A stretch of 64,000 nucleotides of DNA from Octopus sinensis (taxonomy: Eukaryota): NCBI RefSeq assembly GCF_006345805.1, contig NC_043017.1, positions 29,450,001-29,514,000 of the forward strand. Direction: 5' to 3'. Made by a program: the position numbers and the translations under genes. The notes beneath the pieces were generated by a model. The model saw nothing but the letters and a program-made list of their open reading frames with translations. It was not told the DNA's origin and searched no databases. Below, piece by piece: positions 39,234 to 50,688 of this stretch (within the stretch, counting starts at the first letter, position 1; every line of letters starts with the position of its first letter).

Positions 39234-39270
<37 letters not shown>
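38510..39270. repeat. Higher-order (TA)m-TG-(CA)n array, unit ~20-24 bp
   Basis: atatatatatgcacacacac repeated many times. Confidence 0.95.
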
Positions 39271-39273
<3 letters not shown>

Positions 39274-39643
39274 TGCACAGATAAATATATGGATAAATAG
39301 ATAGAAACACATGGAAACATACGTTTATAGGCTTTTATGTACGCGTGTGTGTTTATGTGTGTATTCATAAAGATATATTGACATAAAGATGTCTGTATAA
39401 TATAAATGTATATGTTATATAAAGTCATACAAGCGCACACGTAGACAAACAGAAACAAATATATACACACACTTATGTATATACACTTACGTATTCATAT
39501 GCGTATACTCATATGTCCTATAATTTTGCTTATGTGCATAATCACCAGTAACTATGTGGATTATATAAACATATATAAATAATATTCTGTATAGATTTGG
39601 AATATGTTTTCCGTTTGGATACTTGAATCAACAAAAATTGTTC

Positions 39644-39933
39644 AAATGTTTCTGAAATTTTACTGGAAAATATATCGATAAACGCACAGAATCACCTTCG
39701 CCCATACACACTAACCACTAACACAAAACAGCCGCATACACATACAGAGTTTGGACATAAGGATGTTTTACGACACAGACACACACGCCTTGAATGACAA
39801 ACACAAATGCACACACACACCAACATATATATATATACATATATAAATCGTGTAATTGGACGTGCGAGTGGTGGCTGTGTATGTGTGTGTGTGTTGATCG
39901 ATTTACTCTCCAGAGAAAATTTCAGAAACATTT
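39644..39933. mobile_element. MITE-like element with ~40-bp imperfect terminal inverted repeats
   Basis: aaatgtttctgaaattttactggaaaatatatcgataaac versus the reverse complement of gttgatcgatttactctccagagaaaatttcagaaacattt; no clear TSD. Confidence 0.55.
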
Positions 39934-40369
39934 ACTGGAATTTACTTGTTTCAAGTGTTGAGCTTTAAACATTTTAAAATAATGTAGATAGTCGTAAGAG
40001 AGTGATTCTCCCACAATCTATAAATAATAATTTTCTGAACACTTGTAAACTTCAACATCTCCTTCAAGAGACTATTGAAGGCGGGAAAAAAAAAGAAGAG
40101 GAAAAAGGAATGAAGACATGTAATGATTTATAATACAGGGAGAAACGCACGGACAAATACTTGAGCGGATAATTCCCTGAAAGGGATTTCGTATTAATCT
40201 ATCGTATGTGCGACATATTGGAGTGGTTTAGAGGTGTTAAAGATAAATTTTAAATAGTTGATGACTTATATATATGTATTTCGTTGTTGTTTTATTCGTT
40301 TTAGTATAGTTTCGTTATGTGAGCTCAGTGCACTCCAGGTGCAGCTGTGTGCATCTAGGGTATATTAAG

Positions 40370-40766
40370 ATTACTGCTGCTTCTACTACTACTACTACTA
40401 CTCTACTACTACTACTACTACTACTGCTGCTGCTGCTACCTCCTCCTCCTATCACCAGTACCACCACCTCCACTACGAATACAGATGCTGCTACTACTAC
40501 TATTATGTCTGCTGCTGCAGTGGCTACTTCCTCCTCCTCCGCTTCTTACCACCACTACCACCACCTATTACTACTACTACTACTGCTGTGGCTACCTCCT
40601 CCCCCACTTACCATTACCACCACCACAACTACTACAAATACTACAACTACTACTACTACTACTGCTGTTGCTGCTGCTACTACTACTATGTCTGCTGCAG
40701 CTGTAGCTACCTCCTCCTCCCCTCCTCATACCACCACCATTACCAATACCACTACTACTACTACTA
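40370..40766. repeat. Compound CTA/CTG/CCT/CCA trinucleotide minisatellite
   Basis: Direct reading; a ~100-bp unit recurs at 40486, 40668 and 41466. Confidence 0.9.
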
Positions 40767-41134
40767 TGGCGAGGAACTGGCAGAATCATTAGCATGCCGG
40801 ACAAAATGCTGTGAGATCTAGTCCGTCTTTACGTTCCCAGTACAAATTCCGCCTGGATCAATGTAATCAACTTATCGCCTCCTCCGAAATTCCTGACCTC
40901 TTGCCAAATTGAAAAAACCCACTTATTATTATTATTATCATTATTATTACTTTAAGGTTGGTTAAATGGCAAAATCTTTAGAGCGTTGGACAAAATGTAT
41001 GGTGCCATTTCTATCTACTGTCTCCGGTGTGAGTTCAAATTCTGTCGGGATCACCTTTGCCTTTCATCCTTTCGGATTCAATGAGGTTTGGCACCAGTTG
41101 AACACTGTGGTCGCTGTCATGTACCTATTCCCCA

Positions 41135-41165
<31 letters not shown>

Positions 41166-41390
41166 TGTATAAGGCGGTGAGCTAGCAGAATCGTTAGTAT
41201 GCCGGATAAAATGCTTAGCAGCATTTCGTCCGTCTTTATGTTCAGAATCCAAAATCTGCCGAGGTCGAGTTTGCATTTTATCCTTTCGGGGTTGATAAAG
41301 TAAGTACCAGTCGAGCACTGGGGTCGATTTAATCAACTCATCCCCTCCCTCACAAGTGCCGTCCAAGTGGAAAAATTTGAAACCATTATT
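40767..41390 (+). mobile_element. Cluster of three SINE-A copies in the same orientation (40767-40915, 40955-41135, 41173-41390)
   Basis: Heads tggcgaggaactggcagaatc, (g)gcaaaatctttagagcg and ggcggtgagctagcagaatc; central gcctttcatcctttcgg; separated by (ATT)n. Confidence 0.8.
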
Positions 41391-41459
41391 ACTATTATTA
41401 ATGTTGCTGTTGTTCTTACTGTTACTATTGAGAGTGTTGTTGCACAATGGAAAGTCATC

Positions 41460-41905
41460 CTGCTTCTGCTGCTGCTGCTACTACTACTACGTCTGCTGCT
41501 ACTGTGGCTACCTCCTCCTCCCCTCCTCATACCACCACCATTACCAATACCACTACTACTACTACTACTACTACTCTTACTACTACTACTACTACTTACT
41601 ACTACTACTACTACTCTTACTACTACTACTACTACTACTCTTACTACTACTACTACTACTACTCTTACTACTACTACTACTACTACTACTCTTACTACTA
41701 CTACTACTACTACTACTCTTACTACTACTACTACTACTACTACTTTACTACTACTACTACTACTACTACTTTTACTACTACTACTACTACTACTACTTTT
41801 ACTACTACTACTACTACTTTTACTACTACTACTACTACTTTTACTACTACTACTACTACTACTACTACTTTTACTACTACTACTACTCTTACTACTACTA
41901 CTAAT
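41460..41905. repeat. (CTA)n array with periodic interruptions
   Basis: ctactcttac and ctacttttac interruptions every ~20-27 bp. Confidence 0.95.
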
Positions 41906-42354
41906 AATACTACTCTCAAAAGTAACAGTAAGAAAGATTCTGGCAGAATAGATGGAGATCCTCTTCTACTCGTCATCATTGTTTCTCCTCGGCCGTTTAG
42001 GATAACAGATTGGATATTATGTTAAGAACTTCAATGACACAGGAACAATGTCCACCATTGTGTTCCTTCAATCCTCTTGCTAAGCCCTGATATTTCTAAA
42101 TTTTATAAGTTTTTTGTCCCTATACACATTACTATCATGCGGGATCACGAATCAATGATTTTTCACACATTTTGTCTCCAGCCCTTTATGATTAGATCCG
42201 GCCTGAATAGAGTGATTTGTTTCTAAGAAGAAATCCTATAAAATCCCAGAATCCTTATTCATAATATTAGCCTCTGGCTCGATTCCATACCACTTTTTCG
42301 ACTCGTCAAACCCTCAGGTTTGGTGAAGCTTCTTTGTGCATTTCTGACTTTCTT

Positions 42355-42830
42355 ATTACTATCATCATCATATTCAACATGACAATCACGATTATCATAA
42401 TCATTATTATTCTATAAACACAAAACATATTAAATTTTATTATGATTATTATTATTATTATTTTTATCATCATCATTATTATTATTATTTTTATCATCAT
42501 CATCATTAGTATTATTATTCTTATTATCATCATTAGTATTATTATCATTATTACCATTATTATTATCATTATTATTATCATCATCATCATTATTATCAAC
42601 ATTATTATTATCATTATTATCATCATCATTATTATTATTATCATCATTATTATTATCATTATCATTAATCATCATCATTATTATTATTATAATCATTAAT
42701 CATCATCATCATTATTATAATCATTAATCATCATCATCATTATTATCATTATTATTATTATCATTATCATCATTATCATTATTATTATTACTATTATCAT
42801 TATTATTATTATTTTATTATTATTCTTAAT
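42355..42830. repeat. Degenerate (ATT/ATC)n array
   Basis: Direct reading. Confidence 0.9.
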
Positions 42831-43019
42831 GGTGTTGTTGCTGTTTTTTCATGCAGTTGATGTTAGGTTTTTGCGCTACTGCTCTAGGTATACGTTGTTA
42901 TTCTTGTTCAATTTTTCCACTTGTCCTTTGCGCTAAATAGGCGTTTGTAATGTAGGTTCCGGGGAAGAACTTGACTTCACATGCTGATTTTTTTTTTGTT
43001 TTGTTAGAAAGGATTTTGT

Positions 43020-43291
43020 CTTCCACAGTTTCTTTTCCAATAAAATAATTTCGAACGTTTGAACTTCCCTCTCATTACTGTAGGACGAATGAATAACATT
43101 TGACATGGACATTTATTTTTCTCTACACTAGCATGGAAAAAAGAAATAGAAAAACATTTCAAATAATACGGATGTTGTGTGTTTGACGTGTATCGAGTTG
43201 TGAGGATCAAGCAATCCGGAATCGACCCGTTGCAGAGACCTTTCTCATTCACATGCATTACTAATTCTTTCAGTTCAAATACTTTAGTCAA
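43020..43291 (-). pseudogene. Decayed Helitron helicase-like fragment
   Basis: ORF 43004..43291 contains ELKELVMHVNEKGLCNGS (compare ELKVG..VMLLRNL...GLCNGT) and PCQMLFIRPTVMR (weakly like HGQLYVA.SRV). Confidence 0.4.
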
Positions 43292-43307
43292 TATTGATTT
43301 CTAATTT

Positions 43308-43510
43308 TTGGCACAAGGCCAGTAGATTCGGGGAATGGAGCAAATTAATTACATTGACCCGAGTGTGCAACTGGTACTTATTTTATTGATCTCGACAGGA
43401 TGAAAGGCAAAGTTGACCACAACGGAATTTGACCTCATAACGTAAGGACGGACGAAATGCCGCTAAGATTATTACTCGGCTTGAAACGATTCTTCCAGCT
43501 CGACGCCTTA
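43308..43510 (-). mobile_element. SINE-A (degenerate)
   Basis: caactggtacttattttattgatctcgacaggatgaaaggcaaagttgacc...gacgaaatgccgctaag...ttccagctcgacgcc. Confidence 0.8.
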
Positions 43511-43653
43511 TTTCAGTCATAATTTTCACACATCCGAATATTATTTTAAAATCAATATACGCACATAAAACAGCGTTGTATTAAAATACACCGGTGTTTG
43601 CAACATCTATAATATGTATACAAATCCGAAAGGGTACTACCTATAATACTATC

Positions 43654-43874
43654 CTGGCAGACACGTTAGCGCGCCGGGCGAAATGCTTAGCGGTATTTCA
43701 TCTGTCATTACGTTCTGAGTTTAAATTCCGCCTAGGTCGACTTTGCCTTTCATCCTTTCGGGGTCGATAAATTAAGTACCAGTTTCGCACTGGGGTCGAT
43801 GTAATTAACTTAATCTCTTTGTCTGTCCTTGTATGTCCCCTCTATGTTTAGCCCCTTGTGGGCAATAAGGAAAT
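43654..43874 (+). mobile_element. SINE-A (aaagaaat tail type), head-to-head with 43308-43510
   Basis: ctggcagacacgttagcgcgccgggcgaaatgcttagcgg...tttagccccttgtgggcaataaggaaat. Confidence 0.9.
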
Positions 43875-44041
43875 ATATTTTGGATTAGAGAGAGAGAGAG
43901 AGTTCTCAGAGTCAGTTTTCTTTGTTACAACTACAGTATTTTTCTTTTTCAATTCAAAGATCTGTTTGAGATATTTGTTTCAGCGTTAATATTACAAGTG
44001 GTGCTTGTCCACTGTTATATTATAGAATTCTAATGTTATTA

Positions 44042-44110
44042 ATTGTTGTATTTCGGAATGGTCATTTTGCCAGTTTAGCCAATAAAATGACCATTTCGAA
44101 ATACAACAAT
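44042..44110. repeat. 27-bp inverted repeat with 15-nt loop
   Basis: attgttgtatttcggaatggtcatttt / aaaatgaccatttcgaaatacaacaat, one G.T pair. Confidence 0.95.
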
Positions 44111-44370
44111 GTATGTTTCAACACTGACTTCACGTAAAAAATCTTGCACAACAAATATATAAACGTAATGTTATAAAAGTGTTATAAAAGTGGCGAGCAG
44201 GCAGAATCTTTGCTGACCCTTGGCCAAAATTTGAAACCAATATCATAAATATCACGGTTACGGCGAACTGGCTGGATAGCGCGCCAGACAATGTGCTGAC
44301 CAATATTTCTTCTTTCTTAAAATTTTTGTGCTATAGTAGAAAATAAGTACTATAAAGGAATATGTACCCC

Positions 44371-44869
44371 TATATTAGTGTTAGTCGAGTAAACCAGTGT
44401 CAGTCTATATTACCTATCCCACAAATATGACTAAACTCCTAATTACATTCATAGACATTCCAACCATCCTAGGTATATGATTCATGATCTCATTCCAATG
44501 TTCTCACTTAAGTATTGCCAATTTCTGCCTATTAGCACGTTCTCTTCTATGCATCCTATTACCGAAATGGACATTCAGAATATATTTTTGAGTGTACTAT
44601 TTCACAGTCCAGCACCTAAAATTACTTGGAACATATCCTTTTCTATATATCAGTCACTATCCTTGCTATATAAATCTTTTAAAACTTACTGTTGAAATTA
44701 ATGTATATCACCCGACATTCAATAATGAATGCTATTAAAATCCACACTAGAAACTGAGATGCAATTTACCATATTTTAACACCTATAATCTTAATACAAA
44801 GTACAATACACATTACTTCTTGTAAGCGCACTTTTACTCGAAAAACGTGTCTAACTGTTTCGCAAAAGA
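44371..44869. repeat. Second copy of the 37377-37871 segment
   Basis: About a dozen substitutions and one small indel by eye. Confidence 0.95.
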
Positions 44870-47123
44870 CATAAACGGTGGACATCTCAATTGATGTTTC
44901 AAATACTTTACATGCAATTACACACAAACCATAACCATATGGTTACGAATCGAACTTCTTCTTGATATAAAGCTATTTCAGAGCCTTTTACTATGTTTTG
45001 AAAGGTTTACCAAAATTGCAGAAGAAGAACCAATGTTTTTAATTATTTGAGAAGTATCAAATATTATGACTTGGCAAAACCTTCACATTTATTTTAATGT
45101 TATAATGTTCAAGTAAATGAAAAACTCAAAAGTGCAATTGTGGGCTTTCAATGTCAAGAAATGTTCCTCAAAAAACTACAATATGGAACTACAAACTTGT
45201 GCAGGAAGAGTAGACCTCGGATAAAATATGGCCTGACATTTCGTTATGTCCAACGTTTAGTTCATTTGTAAAAACGAATGATTAAGATGTGTGGAAATAT
45301 ACTAATTTCTTTCATTTTAAAAAGAGGGAGACACTTTCAGAATGTATCTAAAATCACATTTGTTTGAAAAAGTAGATATGTTGAAATTATTGTACTGTTA
45401 AAGAACATACATTCTCAAAAAGCTTAGTAAATTAAGAAGACCCAAACTTTTTGTGACGGTTGTTTAGTTCAATGAAGGCAACATGAGTACATGTCTCGTA
45501 TGTGAGCTCCCCCGAAAGGATAGCCATTCGTAATGGAGCTTGAACAATTACGTAATAGAAGGAAACAAACATATTTTTGAAGCACTAACTGATGTTCTTT
45601 AAAGTTCTCTACAGCAGCGTCATGTTAATAATCGATAATGCGAATGATGTAAAATCTTGAATACATATGGCGTTCGAGTATTAACGAAGACTTTAGTTAA
45701 AAAGAAGTAAATGCCTCTAGTTACGATTAAAAATGTCACCGTATTGTTCGATGCGGTCACACGACAACAGTTTTCTATCAATGTCTGAATATTTAGAAGA
45801 GGTGATTTATAAAACATCATTTCAGTATCAAGGAAACATTAGCTATAAAATGTGTCTTTCACGCAAATCCATAATACATTATGGACGTTCGGATTTTAAA
45901 TTTAATGAACGTTGCAAAAACTGATAGACAAATAATTGAGATGAATTTTTGCAAGCAACAAAAATTTACATGCAAGAAAACACTCGTACATACATCAAAA
46001 CCCCAACACACTATGAGGTTGAACACAGATATACACACACTTACGCTCATACACACACTCTCACACATTAATATTATTTTTAGCAAACTATTTACATAAT
46101 ATTTGCATCAAAATGTATTTGATGTATTGCGCCAATTTTAGTGGATATTTACTTAAAATATTACTGCTTTCATTATTTTTACATTGAATTTCCCAAGTGC
46201 AATTCTCGATCGCTTTATATCTCGATCTCTTCATATATATCTATATATATGAATGTATGTATGTATATGTGCATTTATATATTTGTGCATCTGTGTATGT
46301 GTGTGTGGGTGTTTTTCGCTTTCTGTGTATTCCCTATTTGCATACATGTTTTCAAATTAATGCGTTTACGTAAGTGTATGCGTTAACACATGCATATATG
46401 CATGCGGTTTTAAAATTATGCTCGTTTGGCAAAGAGAAGCAATCGTTTCTATTTTATTTCATTTTATTTATTATTACTACTACTATCATATTGTTTATAC
46501 ATTTATTTTTTCTTGTGTTGTATAAAGAAGAAAATATCAGTAATTATTTGCTTGTGAAAAGATCTAAAAAAAATTTACTGGATGGATTTGACTTATTCCC
46601 TGAGGCGTTTTGTTACGAACACTCTGAAGAAAATTACAAATTTACATAGTGAGAAATTGAAATGCGAACCGCTAAAAATCATTTAAAGATTTGTTTTCCC
46701 ATAGAAATCTAAAATTCCCTGAGCGGAAGAAAATAAAATTCAATAATATTGAGCAGGACGTTCTTCAGCGGACGAAAATAAAATGAAAGTCGATAAGAGA
46801 ATCTTTACTTCAAACATGCATTGCATGTTCAAAGTCGAAGTCCGGGAAATATTCAATAGAATGTTGAATATTTGCATACAAGTTTGTTTGAATGTTGTTT
46901 TTACTGTTTTGAGGATCGTTTAGATAATTTTTTAAATAAGAAATGCATAATTCATGTGGCATATTTAACGTAGTACAATAATGCACAAAAATATTAAGGA
47001 CACACCAGAAATAGAAATAACTAAAAGGAATACTTCTGTACATTTCACAACATGAAACAACAATATTGTGGTAGTTCGATATGTTAAAAATTGCAGCCAC
47101 ATACTTTTCAAATAACACAGTAT

Positions 47124-47463
47124 TGTTGTGTCTTGGGAGAGTCATTTTCTTTTTGTGCCTTATAATGTAACACACTCACCGGTAAAATTTCCACTTATTT
47201 CTTATTTTCATTTTCCTAAAATTTACCTTGCGTCTTGCAACCTTTTCAATAGTCCTGACTCTTGAAAAGATTAACTCATGAAAAGGTTGCAAGACGCAAC
47301 GAAAATTTTAGGAAAGTAAAAATAAGAAATAAGTGGAAATTTTACCGGTGAGTGTGTTACATTATAAGGCACAAAAAGAAAATGACTCTCCCCAGACACA
47401 ACAGAATATGCTTCAACACACGAACTCATATAAAGAATCTTGCAAACCAAATCCAAAAACGAA
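47124..47463 (+). mobile_element. 340-bp asymmetric foldback element (280-bp hairpin plus 60-bp unique arm)
   Basis: Arms 47124-47248 and 47279-47403 are inverted; flanked by ACAGTAT at 47117-47123 and 47464-47470. Confidence 0.85.
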
Positions 47464-47540
47464 ACAGTATTGTTTAACATTTGAGTACACGTCGCAATTC
47501 GATAGAAATCTTATGAGTTAGCCTGGCCTGCTAGAAATAA

Positions 47541-47954
47541 CTATTTCTTTACTACCCACAAGGGGCTAAAAACAGAGAGGACAAACAAGGACAGACAAAC
47601 GGATTAAGTCGATTATATCGACCTCAGTACGTAACTGGTACTTATTCAATTGACCCCGAAAGTATGAAAGGCAAAGTCGACCTCGGCGGAATTTGAACTC
47701 AGAACGTAGCGGCAGACGAAATACCTATTTCTTTACTACCCACAAGAGGCTAAACACAGAGAGGACAAACAAGGACAGACAAACGGATTAATTCGTTTAT
47801 ATCGACCACAGTGCGTAATTGGTACTTATTCGACCCGGAAAAGAGGAAAGGCAAAGTCAACCTCGGCGGAATTTGAACTCAGAACATAGCGGCGGACGAA
47901 ATACCGTTAAACATTTCGCCCGGCGTGCTAACGATTCTGCCAGCTCACTTCCCT
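47541..47954 (-). mobile_element. SINE-A dimer (full monomer plus head-less monomer) with 17-bp TSD
   Basis: Junction gtagtaaagaaataggtatttcgtctg; tggcctgctag(a/c)aataa at 47524-47540 and 47955-47971. Confidence 0.9.
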
Positions 47955-48244
47955 TGGCCTGCTAGCAATAAGATTCGGTATCTGCTCAAATAGCAGCTTA
48001 TCGTTTAAAGAAAGGAAGGTATTTGGGAAACAAAGACAGAAGAGAGAAACAACTGAAGGATACCTTGGCTAAACATAGTCCTCGGTGTTAAAAAAGGGCA
48101 AAGTGAAGATGACAGGAAAGATATTGATCATAAGCTATACTGTTGAATCTTCATTGGGGGTTAAACTGTTACATAACAAATATATATTTGTGTATGTTGG
48201 GGCGAAGTTAATCAAAGAGTGACCTACATCGACGCCGTTAAATC

Positions 48245-48385
48245 TTTGTAGTAAAGAATTCCTGCTTTGCAACCATGCGGTTTCAGGCTCAGTTCGATCG
48301 AGCTTCTGGTTGGAGAAGTTTCGATTATGGCTCTCGGCCGGCCATTGCCCACCGACTGAATTTGGTTGGCGCAAGTCCTTGGAGT
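48245..48385 (+). mobile_element. Highly degenerate SINE-B head
   Basis: gtagtaaagaattcctgctttgcaaccatgcggtttcaggctcagttc...ctcggccggcc...gaatttggttgg, followed by (TG)n. Confidence 0.45.
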
Positions 48386-48466
48386 GTGTGTGTAAGTCAG
48401 CGTCTGCGTGCGTGTGTGTGTGTTTGTGTGTGTGAGAGAGAGAGAGAGAAACAGAGAGAAAGAAAG

Positions 48467-48517
<51 letters not shown>

Positions 48518-48721
48518 ATAGGTATATATATATGTATGTACATGTGTGTGAGCTCGTTTTTGTGTTTTCTTCCACTGCTTCATGGCCGAAGTTTTCTTAT
48601 CTTTATGTTCCTTTTATTTGCCAACTCGGAAAAAACCCCGAAAAAACAGCAAAACAACAGCAAAAACAAAACAACAACCCATCAACAACATTAGAGTATG
48701 TGCCTGTCTTGACAGAAGTAC

Positions 48722-48812
48722 GAACTGGGGTCGATTTGATCGACTAAATCCTAAAGGGCGCTGCTCCGGCATGAGCGCTGTCGACTGAGTGAAACAAGTA
48801 AAAGAATAAAGG
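48722..48812 (+). mobile_element. SINE-B tail fragment
   Basis: actggggtcgatttgatcgactaa...gggcgctgctccggcatg...gactgagtgaaacaagtaaaagaataaag. Confidence 0.7.
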
Positions 48813-49463
48813 AATTAAATCCAAAGAATTGAAGATTTGCATCCAGTCGCCAATGCAGTCAACATACAAGGAATCTCTGTAGTTTTTAGTCTAACGTATT
48901 CTAAAGTCCTAATGGGAAATATGTTCCAACAAGTATGGCTGACAACAATTACTGTTATTGTTTAACCCTAAGACATCCCTGATCGAGTAGAAGTATGATC
49001 AATACGTTTCCAGCTGTGACCGTCTCGAGTGCTGTATACGACCGACTGCATTGTGTGATGGGGTTATTTCTGTATCTTCTTGAAGACAATGAATATATGA
49101 TTTAATGGTGAGTTCGTTGTTATATATTGTGGAAGATAGTTTGATTATGTTGCAGTTCTAGATTTAAACTCTGTTATCAATAGAGCTTGCTTAAGAATAT
49201 GCTTTATTTACTAAGTAGCTAACAGTCCTACGATATAATGAATAGAATAACACTTACAATAAGCGAAATAGCTCTACGATGCATTTATGAAGCGAGCTGT
49301 CGCTGTTCTTTAACCCCGGGTCAACTCTGATCGAGAACATTTATAATGAAACGAATTGCAGTCATGACCATCCAGTTTCTTTAAGGTTATCTATGGCTAA
49401 GAATATTACATTGTATGTTCTCTTATTATTTAAAGCTGTTGGGTGTGAGCGATTTGAAAGAAA

Positions 49464-49919
49464 CTAGCAGTATCGCCCGGCGTTGCTCGGGTTTGTAAGG
49501 GAAATAAATATAAAGCATTTTTAGAGAGTTATAGCCAAAAAATATTTTTAAAATGCATTAAAAATGGAAAAAAAAATTATGGTAATTTTTTTTAAAAATC
49601 GTTGACTAATCGTAGACATTTTTAGAGAGTTACTTCCCTTATATAATAGCGAAAAAATGCATTAAAATGGAAAAAAATGATGGTAAATTTTTTAAAAATC
49701 GTTGACTCATCGTAGATATTTTTAGAGAGTTACTTCCCTTATATAATAGCGAAAACAATGCATTAAAATTGAAAAAAATGATGGTAAATTATTTTTAAAA
49801 TCGTAGACTCATGGTAGACGCGCGCTAGTACCCAGAATCACGGTTTTGGTTAGTTGGGGAGTAGTTGGGAATCTAAATCGTAGGAGACAGACACAAAACC
49901 TAACTTTTATATATAAAGA
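49464..49919 (-). mobile_element. Non-autonomous Helitron with internal ~100-bp tandem repeat (about 3 copies)
   Basis: Minus strand reads A|TCTTTATATATAAAAG...CCCGAGCAACGCCGGG (hairpin) CGATACTG CTAG|T, i.e. TC...CTAG inserted at an AT with no TSD; tandem units start ~49517, 49618 and 49717. Confidence 0.85.
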
Positions 49920-50314
49920 TTTCCATGCTCTTTATAGCAGAAGATCCCGAAGCTAATAAGAAAGAAAGCTCTTTGTCAAAATGTCTTAGGGATTTTACAA
50001 TAAGTATTTCATATTTTCTGATGCAAAATGTTGAAGAACTTGAATAGTGTCTGCTGTGAATGATTATTATCAGCAAGTCTTGGTATAATATGTAGAAATA
50101 TGTGTCTCTTTTTCAGTTACAAAAGTAAAATGAATATATTTGTATTCTAGTTAGGGTTACTATATTCTTGTTAACAATAATGGAATGGAAAATTATAGCG
50201 ACTAGATAAGTTCGTGTGCAAGTAAGTGCGTGTATGTGGGCGCGTGCGTTCTCACGTCAACACGTGTACACACACAGCCACCCATGCAAGCGCGTGTATA
50301 TTGAACATATAAAA

Positions 50315-50688
50315 GGCGGCGAGCTGGCAGAAACGTTAGCGCGCCGGGCGAAATGCTTAGCGGTATTTCGTTACGTTCTGAGTTCAAATTCCGCCGAGGT
50401 CGACTTTGCTTTTCATCCTCTCGGGGTCGATAAATTAAGTACCAGTTACGCACTGGGGTTGATATAATTCACTTAATCTGTTTGTCTGTCCTTGTTTGTT
50501 CTCTCTGTGTTTAGCCCCTTGTGGGTAGCAAAGAAATAGGTATTTCGTCTGCTGTTACGTTCTGATTTCAAATTCCGCAGAGGACGACTTAGCCCTTCAT
50601 CCTCTCGGGGTCGATAAATAAAGTACCAGTTTCACACTGGGTAGATGTAATCGACTTAATCCCTTTGTCTGTCCTTGTTTGTCTCCTC
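50315..50688 (+). mobile_element. SINE-A dimer with 8-bp TSD
   Basis: Junction gtagcaaagaaataggtatttcgtctg at ~50525-50551; CATATAAA at 50306-50313 and 50689-50696. Confidence 0.85.

Noticed and set aside
41356-42025. Poly-Leu, poly-Thr and poly-Tyr ORFs
   Set aside because: They are the three frames of (CTA)n.
45100-45600. Possible Tc1/mariner transposase remnant
   Set aside because: Only vague motif resemblance across stops, with no TIRs found.
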